Positions 25,785 through 39,201 of a stretch of DNA of 64,000 nt are shown here, piece after piece. The DNA is from Mobula hypostoma. Its lineage: Eukaryota. Every line of letters begins with the position of its first letter. Within the stretch, counting starts at the first letter, position 1. A model generated the notes under the pieces. It ran no database searches. It was not told where the DNA came from and worked only from the letters and a program-made list of their open reading frames with translations. A program made the position numbers and the translations under genes. The stretch covers positions 30,506,001 to 30,570,000 of the forward strand of contig NC_086108.1 of the NCBI RefSeq assembly GCF_963921235.1. The letters run 5' to 3'.

Positions 25785-26780
25785 GTATAAGATGATGAGA
25801 GACATAAACAGAGTTGACAGCCAGCGCCCTTTTCCCAGGGTGGAAATGAGTAATACGAGAGGGCATAATTTTAAGGTGATTGGACGAAAGTATCATGGAG
25901 ATGTCAAAGGTAGGTTTCTTATACAGATAGTGGTAAGTGGGTGAAATGCATTCATAAGGGAGTAGGTTTTTACACAGAGAGTGGATGGACCGCACTACCA
26001 GGGGTGTTGGTAGATTCAGACACATTAGGGACATTTAAAAGACTCTTAGATAGCATATGGATGAAAGTAAAATGGAGGGCTATGCAGGAGGGAAGAGTTA
26101 GATTGACCTTAGTGTAGGTTAAAAGGTCTACACAACACAATGGGCCAAATGCCTGTGCTCTGTTGCACTGTTTCTATGCTCGACATCCTAACTGAAATCA
26201 GCACCTAACAAATGCCTCGAGATCAAGCCAATTCAGTTTCAATGTAAATGTCAATTAGAGATTGTTCACATGGATTCCCAACTGGCTTTGGGAATTGTAC
26301 ATAGAATATAGAACAGTGCAGTACAGGAACGGGTCCTTTGGCCCACAACGTTGTACCAAACCAGCTAAAACGTAAACAAAAAAAAACCAAAGCTAATCCC
26401 TCCGACCTACACAATGTCTATATCCCTCCATTTTCCTCATACTCGTGTGCCTATCAAACTGTGCAGTCTGTACTCTTTATTGAGAAAATTCATGTAGAAC
26501 AGCACAGCACAGTATGGACCCTTTGGTCCTGAAGTTGTACCGACCTACTGTATCTAAACCTACTCCACGATCAAACTAACCCCTCCTTTCTACACAGCCC
26601 ACAACCCTTCAGTATTTTTTCATCCATGAGCCTCTTAAATGACCTTAATGTTTAAACTCAACCACCACCCCCGGCAGTGCATTCTGTGCATTTACAATTC
26701 TGAGTAAAAAAATCCTACCTCTGACACCTCCCCTAAACTTTTCTCCATTTATTTTCAAAGGATGCCCTCTGGTATTAGCA
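25785..26780. mobile_element. Cluster of CR1 3' ends (+ at 25785-26180, - at 26298-26780)
   Basis: TRGHNFKV/TRGHPLKI remnants, TGGGCCAAA..CCTGT tails, (CATAGAA) repeats. Confidence 0.75.
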
Positions 26781-26811
26781 AATAGCTTCTGTAGATGGTG
26801 AGGAAGGAAAA

Positions 26812-28990
26812 GGAGGAGACTGCAGGTGCTGGAATCTGGAATAATGCACAAGCTGCTGGAGGAATTTAGGCAGCAACTGTACAGTAATATCAACTGTTGA
26901 TTCTTTAGGTTGAGACTGTTCATCTGGTTTGAAAGTTGCTAGAATAAAAAAGTGAGGGGAGGGTGATAATGCAACGATAGTCATAGTCATATTCATACTT
27001 TATTGATCCCGGGGGAAATTGGTTTTTGTTACAGTTGCACCATAAATAATAAATAGTAATAGAACTATAAATAGTTAAATAGTAATATGTAAATTATGCC
27101 AGTAAATTATGAAATAAGTCCAGGACCAGCCTATTGGCTCAGGGTGTCTGACCCTCCAAGGGAGGAGTTGTAAAGTTTGATGGCCACAGGCAGGAATGAC
27201 TTCCTATGACGCTCTGTGCTGCATCTCGGTGGAATGAGTCTCTGGCTGAATGTACTCCTGTGCCCACCCAGTACATTATGTAGTGGATGGGAGACATTGT
27301 CCAAGATGGCATGCAACTTAGACAGCATCCTCTTTTCAGACACCACCGTGAGAGAGTCCAGTTCCATCCCCACAACATCACTGGCCTTACGAATGAGTTT
27401 GTTGATTCTGTTGGTGTCTGCCGCCCTCAGCCTGCTGCCCCAGCACACAACAGCAAACATGATAGCACTGGCCACCACAGACTCGTAGAACATCCTCAGC
27501 ATCGTCCGGCAGATGTTAAAGGACCTCAGTCTCCTCAGGAAATAGGGACAGCTCTGACCCTTCTTGTAGACAGCTTCAGTGTTCTTTGACCAGTCCAGTT
27601 TATTGTCAATTCGTATCCTCAGGTATTTGTAATCCTCCACCATGTCCACACTGACCCCCTGGATGGAAACAGGGGTCACCGGTACCTTAGCTCTCCTCAG
27701 GTCTACCACCAGCTCCTTAGTCTTTTTCACATTAAGCTGCAGATAATTCTACTCACACCATGTGACAAAGTTTCCTACTGTAGCCTACTTTCCTACTCAG
27801 CCTCATCTCCCTTGCTGATGCATCCAACTATGGCAGAGTCATCCGAAAACTTCTGAAGATGACAAGACTCTGTGCAGTAGTTGAAGTCCGAGGTGTAAAT
27901 GGTGAAGAGAAAGGGAGACAAGACAGTCCCCTGTGGAGCCCCAGTGTTGATGATCACTCTGTCGGACACACAGTGTTGCAAGCACACATACTGTGGTCTG
28001 CCAGTCAGGTAATCAAGAATCCATGATACCAGGGAAGCATCCACCTGCATCGCTGTCAGCTTCTCCCCCAGCAGAGCAGGGCAGATGGTGTTGAACGCAC
28101 TGGAGAAGTCAAAAAACATGACCCTCACAGTGCTCGCTGGCTTGTCCAGGTGGGCGTAGACACGGTTCAGCAGGTAGACGATGGCATCCTCAACTCCTAG
28201 TCGAGGCTGGTAGGTGAACCGGAGGGAATTTAAGTGTAGCCTGACCATAGGCCGGAGCAGCTCCAGAACAAGTCTCTCCAGGGTCTTCATGATGTGGGAG
28301 GTCAATGCCACCAATCTGTAGTCATTGAGGCTGCTGGGGCGCGGCGTCTTCGGCACAGGGACGAGGCAAGATGTCTTCCACAGTACAGGAACCCTCTGGA
28401 GCCTCAGGCTCAGGTTGAATGCATGGCGAAGTACTCCACATAGCTGAGGGGCACAGGCTTTGAGCACCCTGGTACTGACACCATCCGGTCCTGCAGCCTT
28501 GATTGGTTTGAGACGTTTCAGCTGTCTTCCCACCTGTTCAGCTGTGAAGCCCACCGTGGTGGTTTCGTGTGAGAAAGGGGTATAGTCATGAGAGCAGGGT
28601 GGGGGACTGTGAGGAGGGGTAGGAGGGGAGAGTGGAATATGTGTTGGTTGGGGGCCGACAACAGATGGCTCATGTAGGGGATGGGCAGGGGCCACAATGT
28701 CAAATCTGTTAAAGAACAAGTGACAGATGGATCCAGGTGAGGAGGGGTAATAGGCAGATGTAGGAGGGATGAGCGGAAATAGTGACAGGAGCTGGGAGGT
28801 GATACGTGGAGGTGACAGAGGGCAGCAGATGTCGGGATCTGATAGTGAGGAAGGTGGAACATGGAACCAAATATGGGAGGTGAGGTGGACAGGTGCGAAC
28901 ACCGGGGAGGGGGATTAGCGGAAGGTGTGTGTGGGTGATGGGTAGATGGACTGGCTGGAGGAGGGGAACAAGACAGGATGTTGAGGTCTG
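26812..28990 (-). mobile_element. Penelope-type 3' remnant split by a Rex LINE
   Basis: GAGACTGCAGGTGCTGGAATCTGGA..GCTGGAGGAA at 26815; purine-rich tract resumes at 28719; same layout as 55027-55665. Confidence 0.55.
26977..28718 (-). mobile_element. Young 5'-truncated Rex1/Babar LINE
   Basis: ORFs 27793-28902 (RT part) and 27131-27730; (CTATGA)n tail; near-identical to 7834-9412. Confidence 0.93.
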
Positions 28991-29194
28991 GGGTAGGGGT
29001 AGGTGTTGAGAGTGTAAGTGTAGAAGTAGTCTGGGCTGGGTGTAGGTGTTGGGAAAGTAGATGATGCACATAGAATACTGTTTATGTCATACACAACATA
29101 TCAGGCTAAGAGAAAAAAGTGCTCCTTTGAAGGATGATGGTTTAGTTAGGTAATTTTTAAACATAAAATTAGCAAACGTGAAGACATTTCCATT

Positions 29195-29688
29195 GTTGGT
29201 GGTGTGACCAAAGTCACTAGAGGGACAGTGAAGCAGGAGATAGAGAAGATTTAATTTGTCACCACAAGCAGACATTCTTCTGGAGAACCTTACAGTAGAG
29301 TATCCGAAACTGAAAAATACATCACATGTTATGCCTTTCACATCAAAGGTAACAGCAGGTGATTCAATACAATTTCAATCATTATAATGACATTGCTTAC
29401 TTCAATAGTTTGGGTTGACAATGAACCACATTTCTACATTGGAAGACACGTCTGAATGTTCAAATACCTGTGCTGAGACAAACTAATTGCAAATTTCCCT
29501 GAACTTACTTACAAAGGTGCTAATTTCTTCAACCCATAATTGCCTGGAGTGATTTTTGTAGATGTTTATGCAAATGTATCATGATTACCATTTTGCAAAC
29601 CATATCTCTTAATCTGTGGTTTTAACTTCACTTTACTGCTTGCAATTTACAATAAGAACTAAAGACTGGTCCTTGCCTCACATAACTT
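29195..29688. repeat. Diverged direct repeat, copy 1 (copy 2 at 41584-42104)
   Basis: Colinear shared blocks ATTCTTCTGGAGAACCT, AGGTGATTCAATACAATTTCAAT, CAAACTAATTGCAAA, AAACCATATCTC, TTGCAATTTACAATAAG. Confidence 0.85.
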
Positions 29689-30467
29689 CTTTAAAATGCG
29701 GCTTTGACACTTGTGTGTTTGCCTCCTCCTTCCCTGCTGGCCCATTGCACTTTAATCACGGCCTTAAATTCGCCCCTTTATTCTCTGATAACTGAAGCTA
29801 TCAGAGCTGGCTGTTGGTAGTTACTCTGTGAGCAGCGGGCACAGCAAGGTAACCTTGTTTCAGGTTCACAGGCAACAGATCACGTTCCATGCCATGACAG
29901 TGGATTATCAGAAAAATCTTTTTTTTTAATTTTATTTTTATTTGGATAAGGAATTCACAATTATCATGTACTTTTTTCACACATATAACCTTTTCCATTT
30001 TTTTATATGTATAAAACTACAATTATTTATACATTCTTAAGTACACATTGAGATGATATAAAAGGAAAATAAACATTTAAATAGATAATTATGTACTGTG
30101 GTAAATCTAACCAATTAGGCTAAGTAATGAAATTAGTTGTTAAGAAAAATGGTAATAATAGTTTCCATACAACCCTTCTGGACCATTTCCACTGGTCCAA
30201 AATGTAGCATACAAGCCTATATACCAACCATTGTAGGTGTTTATATCCCAATTTGTTCCTGCTTGTTCCTGCCCGCAGACATAATTATCCAATCCCTATG
30301 TACTTATTTACTTAATTTTTTCATTTTTTTTTATCCCTTTCCCAAATCTTTCCCTTTACTTGTGTTAATTCTCTATTTTCCAAAAAAAACAAACATTTAG
30401 ACTAGGGGTGCTTACGTTAGCAATATTACTGTGTTGATGAGAAGAGCAATATAAATCATTAGGAGAG

Positions 30468-33400
30468 TCATCTAAAGTCTGCTCGCATTGGGGTTATATA
30501 TTCAATCCATTTAATCCAGATTTGATAAAATTTTTCCTTTTGAGTTCTCAGGGAGTAGGTCAACTTTTCCATTTTAAATATTTCCAAGATAATTTCGTAC
30601 CAATCTTCTAATATAGGTGGTATTGGATTTAGCCATTTTCTAGTGATTGATTTCTTACTTGCCGCTAAGAGGGCCTGCAGCAACTTTATATCTTCCTTCT
30701 GTTCAAGCAACAATACATGCCCCAAATAGAGCGTCTCAAAGTTCAGAGGTATCTGGGACCTAAGTACCTTAACTAATGTTCTATGAATACCTTCCCAAAA
30801 TAGACTTAATTTAGGGCAATCCCAGAAAATATGAAAATGATTTGCCTCCTTGGAGCCGCACCTTCTCCAACACATCACATTTGTATCTTTATATTTTTCC
30901 TGATATGGGGTCTTGAAGTATCTTATAATGTTTTTCCAACAATGTTCTCTCTAAGTCAAAGAATTAGTCGAGGACCATTGAAAGCTGCAGATTTTCCCCC
31001 AAGCCTCCTCTGAAAGTACCAACCCCGCTTCTTTCTCCCACTTCTCTTTAATATACAGTGTATTTACATTTTTAGCATTGGAGAATGCATTATATAGGCG
31101 AGAATCTGATTTACTAGGTATTGAACTGCAAGCCGAATTCAGAACCTTGAAAAATTCTAATTCTACTGTTGATAGGTCTGTATATCTACAACTCTGGTTA
31201 ACATAGTTTCGTATTTGAAGGTACCTAAAAAAGTCATTATGTTCTAGGCCATGTTTGTCCTGCAGGATTTGGAAACTTTGTAATACTCTTTTATCTATAA
31301 ATGAGAGGTAGGTTGTAAGACCTTTCTTTATCCATAGCTCAAATCTTTTATCTCCTCTGTTGGGAAGGAATTCGGTATCATATGCACACCATCTAAAGAG
31401 TTTTAACATGTTATTAATTCCACATGAATTAACCACCTTCTGCCATACTTTTAATGTAAGATTTATCCAAGCATTATTAAATTTTTCCAACTGGGCCATT
31501 AATCCTTTGTCAGCTATTGAGGCCTGAAGAGGAAAACTGTCAACTAATCCAAATTCTATTTCCTTCCATCTAGCCTTATATTCCCTATTGCACCAATATA
31601 ACAGAGGGGTTATCTGTGAGGCATAAAAATAATTTCTCAGGCAAGGAAGAACCATACCTCCTCCTTCCTTCCCTAACTGTAAGGTGTTATATCGAATTCT
31701 AGGTTTCCTTCCTTGCCAAATGAAGCGGGAAATCCATTTGTCCCATTCCCTGAGTTGATTATCATCCACCTCCACCGGTAAAGTACGGAAAAGATACTAT
31801 AACCGAGGAAGAATATTCATTTTTTTAGTATTTATCCTTGAATTTAAACTTAAAAAGGGGATAAGATTCCATCTATGCATATCTGCTTTTATCTCTGAGA
31901 TTAATGGCCCATAATTTACCTGTGACAGTGTTGAAAGATCCTTCGGCAGGGTTATTCCTAAATATTTTAATGATTTAGCTTCCCACTTAAGATCGTATGT
32001 ATCCTGCAATTTTTTGGATGGTGTATAATTTAGGGACATAACCTGCGTTTTCTTTACATTTATTTTATAACCTGATATTTTCCCAAAGTCATCCAACAGT
32101 GTAAACAATCCTATAAATGACTTTTCTGGTTCACTCAGATAGACCAAAACATCATCTGCGAATAATGCCACTTTCTGTTCAATCCCTGCCACCTTGATAC
32201 CTTTTACGATTTCGCTCTGTCTTATTAGTTGGGCAAGTGGTTCAATATATAGCACAAAAAGGAGAGGAGAAATTGGGCATCCCTGTCTAGTGCCCCTCTC
32301 TAAAATGAAGGAGTCAGAGAGGTAAACAACAGGAATTCTGCAGATGCTGGAAATTCAAGTAACATACATCAAAGTTGCTGGTGAACGCAGCAGGCCAAGC
32401 AGCATCTATAGGAAGAGGCGCAGTTGACGTTTCAGGCCGAGACCCCAGAGGTCCCCATTTATCTTAATTCGGGCTGTAGGGCTGTCATATAGAGTCTGAA
32501 TTACTTTAATAAACCTTTCTTGAAAGCCGAATCTTCCTAACACTCTGTATAGGAATGCCCAACTAACCGAATCAAAAGCTTTCTCAGCGTCCAATCCTAC
32601 TACCATTGTCTCTGTCTCGTTCTTATTAACCTGTTCTAATATGTGCAGAGTTCTCCTTATGTTGTCCTGTGTTTGTCTTTGTTGAATAAATCCAGTCTAA
32701 GTGGATTAGGCCAGGTAAAAGCTTTTCCAATCTGCACGCTAATATAGATGTAAATAGTTTGTAATCTAAATTAAGAACACTAATTGGCCGATAATTGCCA
32801 CATTCTAGTTTATCTTTACCCTCTTTAGGAATAACTGAAATAATCGCTTCTCTCCAGGAAGGTGGAGTTTCTCCTCTCTGCAAGATCCAATTAAAGGTGT
32901 TAAGTAGTAATGGGGCTAACTGTGTCTTTAGGGACTTGTACCACTCTGAGGTAAACCCATCAGAACCCGGGGACTTTCCAGCCTTTAACCTAGAGATGGC
33001 CACTTTCAGTTCTTTGACAGTTATTGGTTCTAATAAACTTTCATTTTGTAAATCTGTAAGTTTAGGTAGATCTAAAAAATTCAATACACTGTCTATATAG
33101 GGCTCAGTGGGGGCCCGGGGTTGGGAGTACAGCTCTCGATAATATGTTTCAAAACTCTCTTGAATTTTCCCTATTGTACTCTCCACAAGCTTTGTCTTTG
33201 GATTCTTTATTTTATGAATTGTATTGTTGTTTTCGTAATTTATATGCTAATAATCTAGCTGATTTACCTCCTACTTCATAATTCTTTTGTCTCAGGTAAA
33301 GAAAATTTCTTTGAGTTTCCAACGTATAAATATCGTCAATTTCACTTTGCAATTTCCTAATTTCCTGTTTTCGATTTGAATTACTTTTGTTGCTATCTAC

Positions 33401-34372
33401 AACTTGAAGTTGTTTTAATTTTCCTTGAAGGTCTGCTAATTTTTGTGCATTGATTTCTTTCATGTGAGTAGTAATGGAAATAATTTTCCCTCTCAGTACA
33501 GCTTTCAATGTATCCCATAAGATCACTGGTGATGTTTCTCCCGTGTCATTAAGGCCTAGATATTCTTTGATTTCTCCCCTTAATCTCTCCATTACTTTCG
33601 GGTTATTGAGTATATGTGAGTTTAGCCTCCATAGTGTTTTCTTCATTTTCCTTTCCAGGATTAGAGACATAGAGACTGGGCTATGATCCGACAGATCAAT
33701 TGTTGCAATATTACAGTTTTTTATCCTGAGTCTATCTGTATTAAAGATAAAGAAATAGTCTATCCTTGAATAGGCTGAATGAGGGAAAGAGTAATATGTA
33801 TAATCTTTACTAGTAGGGTGTAATTCCCTCCAGACATCTATAATTCCCAACTCCTCCATCAATGAATTCACTTTCCGAGTCAGAGGTTTATTCTGAGTAA
33901 CTATTCTTGAAGAATCTAATATAGGATTTAATCTAATATTAAAATCCCCTCCACAAATTACTACCCCTCGAGAACTGACCATTAGGTCAAAAATGTGTCT
34001 ATAAAATGACCATTCACTACCTGGAGGAGCATAAACATTCAGCAATGTTATTTCTGTACCTTCTATTCTTCCTGTGAATTTTACAAACCGTCCTTCTTTG
34101 TCTCTAGTCTCTGAAATATGTTCATAATTAAGAGTACTTGATATTCAAGTAGCTACCCCTCTTTTGTGACTCAATTTATATGATGAATAAAATACATGCT
34201 TAAAGCCCATTCTTTTTAATTTTCCATGTTCAGATTGGCTCATATGTGTTTCCTGGAGGAAAGCTATTTGTGCTCTCTCTTTTTTCAATTTAGACATAAT
34301 CTTATTTCTTTTAATTGGATTCAAAACCCCATTAACATTATAGGAAATTATTTTTACCAATTCAGTTTGCAT
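30468..34372 (-). pseudogene. L1 ORF2 (APE endonuclease, RT, CCHC), broken by stops, frameshifts and a 123-bp insertion
   Basis: SYNVNG, LQETH, GGDFN, SRIDYFF, SDHSPV, YRPIS, DAEKAFD, LFADD, YLG, CWRRC..HIFWDC. Confidence 0.93.
32324..32446 (-). mobile_element. 123-bp Penelope-terminus-derived insertion inside L1 ORF2
   Basis: Matches left part of 7100 element; 6-bp TSD AGAGGT (32318-32323/32447-32452); removal restores INGDLSDSF. Confidence 0.88.
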
Positions 34373-34734
34373 TTTTCTCTAGTAGAAAAAAAGCACTCTC
34401 CTTTTCTAACCAAACAGTAAGCAATTCCTTCTCTACAGTAAACCAAAACATATAACCACACCCTAGACATTTCTGAACGTATAACATTTGAAAATTTTTC
34501 CCGACTTCCCACAGTGAGGCCTGAGCACCGACCCGCCTCAGTTCAGAGGGATAACCTCTATCTTCACTCTGTGTTAGAGGGCCCTCAGCAGTGTGAATAA
34601 TCATAGAGAATTTTCTCCTATTTATGTCTCAACCATATTGCTATCATTCAAGTTATTCCGCCTAGTTTATTTTCAGTTACCAGTTTTCATTTTACTTTTA
34701 AGTCCGATTTACTCTCTTCAGTCATTTCTCTTAA

Positions 34735-35690
34735 TTAATCTGTATTCTCTGTACATTCGCGTCTGAATATTTGCAGCTTTTCCTTGTAGTTTGACACTCT
34801 GGTTCGAGTGGAGCGTCCTCGCCCCACTAACTGCCACGACTTCTGCCGAATCCTCTCCAGTAGCGACTCCGGTTGGGTGATAACTTTAATAGGTAGTCCC
34901 CGGTCCGCCAGGTCCAACGTTGCCTCCTCCACCGTAGCGTAAGTTTTTGTCCCTTCGTCGTAAAAGACTCTCAGCCGAGCTGGATACAGGGTCTGGAATC
35001 TGATGTTGTTTTCCTTCAGGACTCTCCGTGTTTCCGTATATTCCTTCCGTCTGGCAAGAATCCCCGGTGCGTAGTCGTGGTCTAAACTGATTTTGCAGTT
35101 GTTCCACATGAAACCTTTCTTTTGCCATGCCTGTTTAAGCACCTCTTCCTTCGTTCTGTAACTGAGAAATCTGATCAGAATCGATCTGGGCTGGGCGCCT
35201 GCCGGAGGCTGTGGTGCCAACGCGCGGTGAGCCCTTTCTAACCCTTTCTGAGCCCTTTCTCCACGAAGGGAATCATCAATCCGGGTTTACCTTCGGTTCC
35301 TTCAGGAACTCCGTAGATCCTCACATTTTCCCTTCTTGAGCGGCCTTCTTGATCTGTTAGTTTCCACTGGAGCTGGTCTTGTAGCTTCAGCATTTCTGCT
35401 ATCACTTCCTCGGCGTTTTGTAGCTTCTCTTCAATTCCAACAATCCTCGCTTAGGCTTCATCTATCCGCGAGTTAGTTTTTACTATTTCTCCTTTAATAT
35501 CTTCCAGCTGTTTGCTGTTATCTTGTCGGAACTCACGAATCTCTCCGAGAATCAAAGACAGAGTCACCGATTCCCCCTCATTATCTCCGTCCTGGCTTGC
35601 TGTGGGGGAGCTAGGCCCGTCGCCTTGTTGCGTCTCTTTATGTTTATCAGCCTTCGAAGTGGACTTTTTATTCTTGTTCTTAGACATCAT
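34735..35690 (-). pseudogene. L1 ORF1 (coiled coil/RRM/CTD type), disrupted
   Basis: ORFs 35451-35690 and 34735-35220 (PRSILIRF, HDY, YPARLRV); EGRSRRENVRIYGVPE and ERAHR between them. Confidence 0.9.
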
Positions 35691-37832
35691 CCTTGCCCCT
35701 TTTATTAATATAGTTATGCAATATTAAGTATTTGTCTAAATTCGATTTTGGGGCAGTTTACCTTCTTTTTTGTCGAGAGACCTTTTCCTTATGCCGCCAT
35801 TCCCTTGATGACCCGGAAGTCGGCTTTCGGATTATCAGAAAAATCTGACAACAATTCTCTGTCCCATTGATCGATCTACAGGATGGTCTGAGGTGATCTA
35901 TACTGAACTGGCTGCAAGGGCCTCAGCCTGGAGGCAGCCACTCCTGGACTGTCCCTATGATCATTGGCCAGCCACTGAAAGGGTCCAGCTCATTTGTGTC
36001 CACTCTCCTTCCAGGCTGGTGTGGCTGACTTCAGGCACTGTTTACAATTTCTTCTCTTTCTCAGTCTACCTTTCAATCAATACTGTGCAACCTCATGTCT
36101 CTGACATAACTGAGATCTCCTCCCATCTATTTTCCCAATATCATTCTATCCTGATCAATATAACTAATCATCTACCTTCCTGAACCAGCCTTCATTATGA
36201 AGTATTGGTACTGTTACACTTTAATACTTTATTCACAGATTGCTGACACACTCTTCTGCATTCGTGTTTCCACTCTCTTTCATCCTCCGGTCTGCTTTCA
36301 TCAACTGTGGTCAGCTGTAACGCAGTAGGCTGGTGTACATCACTTTGCTTCTCTATAATGACACTGGGTGGATGTGGTGATTTCTTCTCTCTGTGAGGGC
36401 AACAGGAAAGTGAGTCATACTGTTTAACCTGAGTGCAATGTTTCCATTAGCTGCTTCACCGTGATTCGACCCAAACACAGATGCCACTTGTCCAGAACAC
36501 CACCAGTGGTCCTACCCAGCTGGGAGCGAACCCTCCCTTTTCAAGCAGCTCCCTTACCATGACTTGATCACCTTTCTGTGGGAGGACAACCTTCTCTCAC
36601 GCTGGCTCTCTCTGATCAGCGCTATGTTGCTGCTGCTTTGCTCCGATTCTCACTGTCTGAACCGGGTTACAATGGTCATTTACATCTCCGCATGATCTTA
36701 TTGAATTGGCTCCAGTAGTTTCTTTCTCCATACGTGCAATTTCTGTCGACTCATGTTCCTTTGCTCAATGATATGTACTCTCATTATCTTTCTGCTCGCT
36801 ACTATCACCTTTCTGGTGTGTCTCTACATTAATTACTGCTACCTCTTGCAGGAAGCTGCACATCCTTTAACACTTCTTGTCGGTGTTTGGCCACTACATT
36901 TGGGACCTCCTGACATGATTCATGACCATTGTCCTGTCTCCTACCACTGCTTGTGGTTGCTGTCTCTCTGTGGACCATGTCGTCTACTCGCTGGGTCACA
37001 CAAGTTTTCTGTCCCTGAGTTGTCCATGTTATTTCTCCCTTCTCTGAATCTAAGATGGCACCTGGCTTACTTAGTGTGTCTGTCTCTAGGAGAGTACCGC
37101 CACTGTTCGGGCAAATCCAAGAATTCACAGGAAGCTGCAGTGCATCAATCTCAATAACCTGAGGCTCACTCCTCTTTGCCCTCGTTATTTCACTCCTGCA
37201 AAGGTGAGGTAAATCATCTCTCCAGTCATGGGCAACGGTAAATCAGTTATTGATACTGAGAACCTTGTGTCTACTAAAATTTCACATTGCCGGCCCTTAA
37301 TAAACCTCTTGTATATATCTGTGGGTGACCTATACTGCCAGTGGAGGCTGCCTCCAGCTGTTTGTCTGACATGGATGCTGTCTCACATGCACTATGATCT
37401 GGTCAGCAGTCAAATCGGACAGAGAGGGCACTGCTGTGATTTCTGTCTGTTTTGCTAGTTGATTTTTAGGACTGAGAGGCATAATTTTTATGGCCTGAGA
37501 GGCCAGTACTGTAACAAATCACCTCCTTTACCCTTTCTATGTCTATTCTGGCAGTTCCTTGCTAGATGCCCTGTTTGCTGGCACACAAAGTAAGTCCTCT
37601 TTGCCTTCACAGCAACTACATCCACTATAGCCACTGTACGACTTCTCTTCCCCCTCCTCTGCTATATCTCCCAGCCCATGATACTATCTCAGAGTAGTCT
37701 GATCCCACTGCTATCCCCAATTCTAAAACTTCTTGCTGGCTTGAGCTCAGACCTTGCTTCAACATTTTCAGGAAGGCTGGATCATCCCTCCCTGGACTGT
37801 CTATCCCTGAGTATTCTTCACACATTCAGTCT

Positions 37833-38580
37833 ATCATCATCATCATCATCAGGTGCCATGCCCAGTTTGAGCTTTGACTGCCATGGCCCACACACTCCTG
37901 TTTCGGGTCAAGTGGATCAATTCATTGGTATTCATTTCCAGTTCTCTGGCTGCTGTCTCCATCATCATTTGTCTTTGTCTTCCTCTTGCTTTCTTCCCTT
38001 CAATCTTTCCCATAATTACCGTGCATTCTAACTCCTCTTTCCTAATCACATGTCCAATGAAGTTACGTTGCCTTTTCATGATCTCATACATTATTTCTCT
38101 TTTTGTGTTTGCTCTGTTCATGACATCCTCGTTAAATATTCGTTTGTCCATGATATTCTTTGCATCCTCCTCAAAAACCATATCGCTGCTGCTTCAATTC
38201 GTTTCCTCATGTTACTAGATATTGTCCAACATTCTGAGCCATATAACATAACTGGATAAACGTAACATCTTAGTACTCTGAGGTGGGTTGTCATGCCTAG
38301 TTTAGTATTGGTCAGTATACTCTTCATTCTCGTAAAGGTGTCTTTTGCCATCCCTATTCTTCTTTTAATGTCCATGTTGCACCTGCCATCTGATGTTACC
38401 CAGTTTCCTAAATAGCAAAAGATTTGTACTTGTTTTATGTCTTTCCTGATTATTCTCAGCCTGCAGATAGGATTCTCCTTCATTTTGGATATCACCGTAC
38501 ATTCTGTCTTTTTGCAATTGATAGATAGACCCATTTTTTCACTTTCTTCAACAACTATATAAATTAAATTTTGTAGTTCT
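37833..38580 (-). mobile_element. RTE-clade LINE 3' fragment with (TGA)n tail
   Basis: FCYLG..DIKRRIGMAK..YPVMLYGSECWT..GKIEGKKARGRQR; stop codon runs directly into the TGA repeats. Confidence 0.9.
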
Positions 38581-39201
38581 ATACACAGTGTATTTGGTCT
38601 ATACACTCTGCATAGTCCAGAATGGGCTCATCAGCTGTCTGAACCACTGACATTATCATTCACTAGTTACTCTCACCTCTCCCCACTCGCTGCCTCAATT
38701 CTCCCTTAAGCAATATCTTTCCTTATTCCTGACATTCTTGCTGGATGCCTATGTACCATCCCACAGTTCCTGGGCCATCCCATCCCACGTATTCCTTAGG
38801 CATTCATGTTTGTCAGTACACGTATATCTTTTGGATGCACCTGGTGAATTTCAACCATTCCTTTGCGCTTGTGTCAGTATCCTGAATTCCACAAATGACT
38901 TTAAGTGAGGATGCCCAGACAAAATGCTCTGCTTCTCATTGGTGGTGAAGAGATTATGGACAGTAGTAATCAGTGTCAAGGGCTGGCTGAAGTTGTCAGG
39001 AGTTTCGAGTTGCCATTGTCTTATCTCAATGAGTGCCATCCCAATAGATACACATGGGTATAACCTCCCCCGCAAATATTTCCAAATGAATTCCCATACT
39101 AAGCAAAATATAAAATTGAACAGTCCATATTTAAAACCACAGAATATTTCCACTGTATTCTTCCACTTCTGTGTCACTGAACTCATGATGCCTATTGTAT
39201 T

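Larger units (their letters stand above)
29920..35828 (-). mobile_element. Full-length L1-clade LINE, inactivated
   Basis: Exact 18-bp TSD GGATTATCAGAAAAATCT (29902-29919/35829-35846), poly(A), ORF1 and ORF2 in order. Confidence 0.95.

Noticed and set aside
28518..29071. Pro/His-rich ORFs and N-terminal extension of the 369-aa ORF
   Set aside because: Read-through into a strand-biased purine tract beyond the Rex truncation at about 28718
36300..37500. ORFs of 99-134 aa in an unassigned stretch
   Set aside because: No motif or convincing splice structure; possibly an ancient TE, cannot be supported
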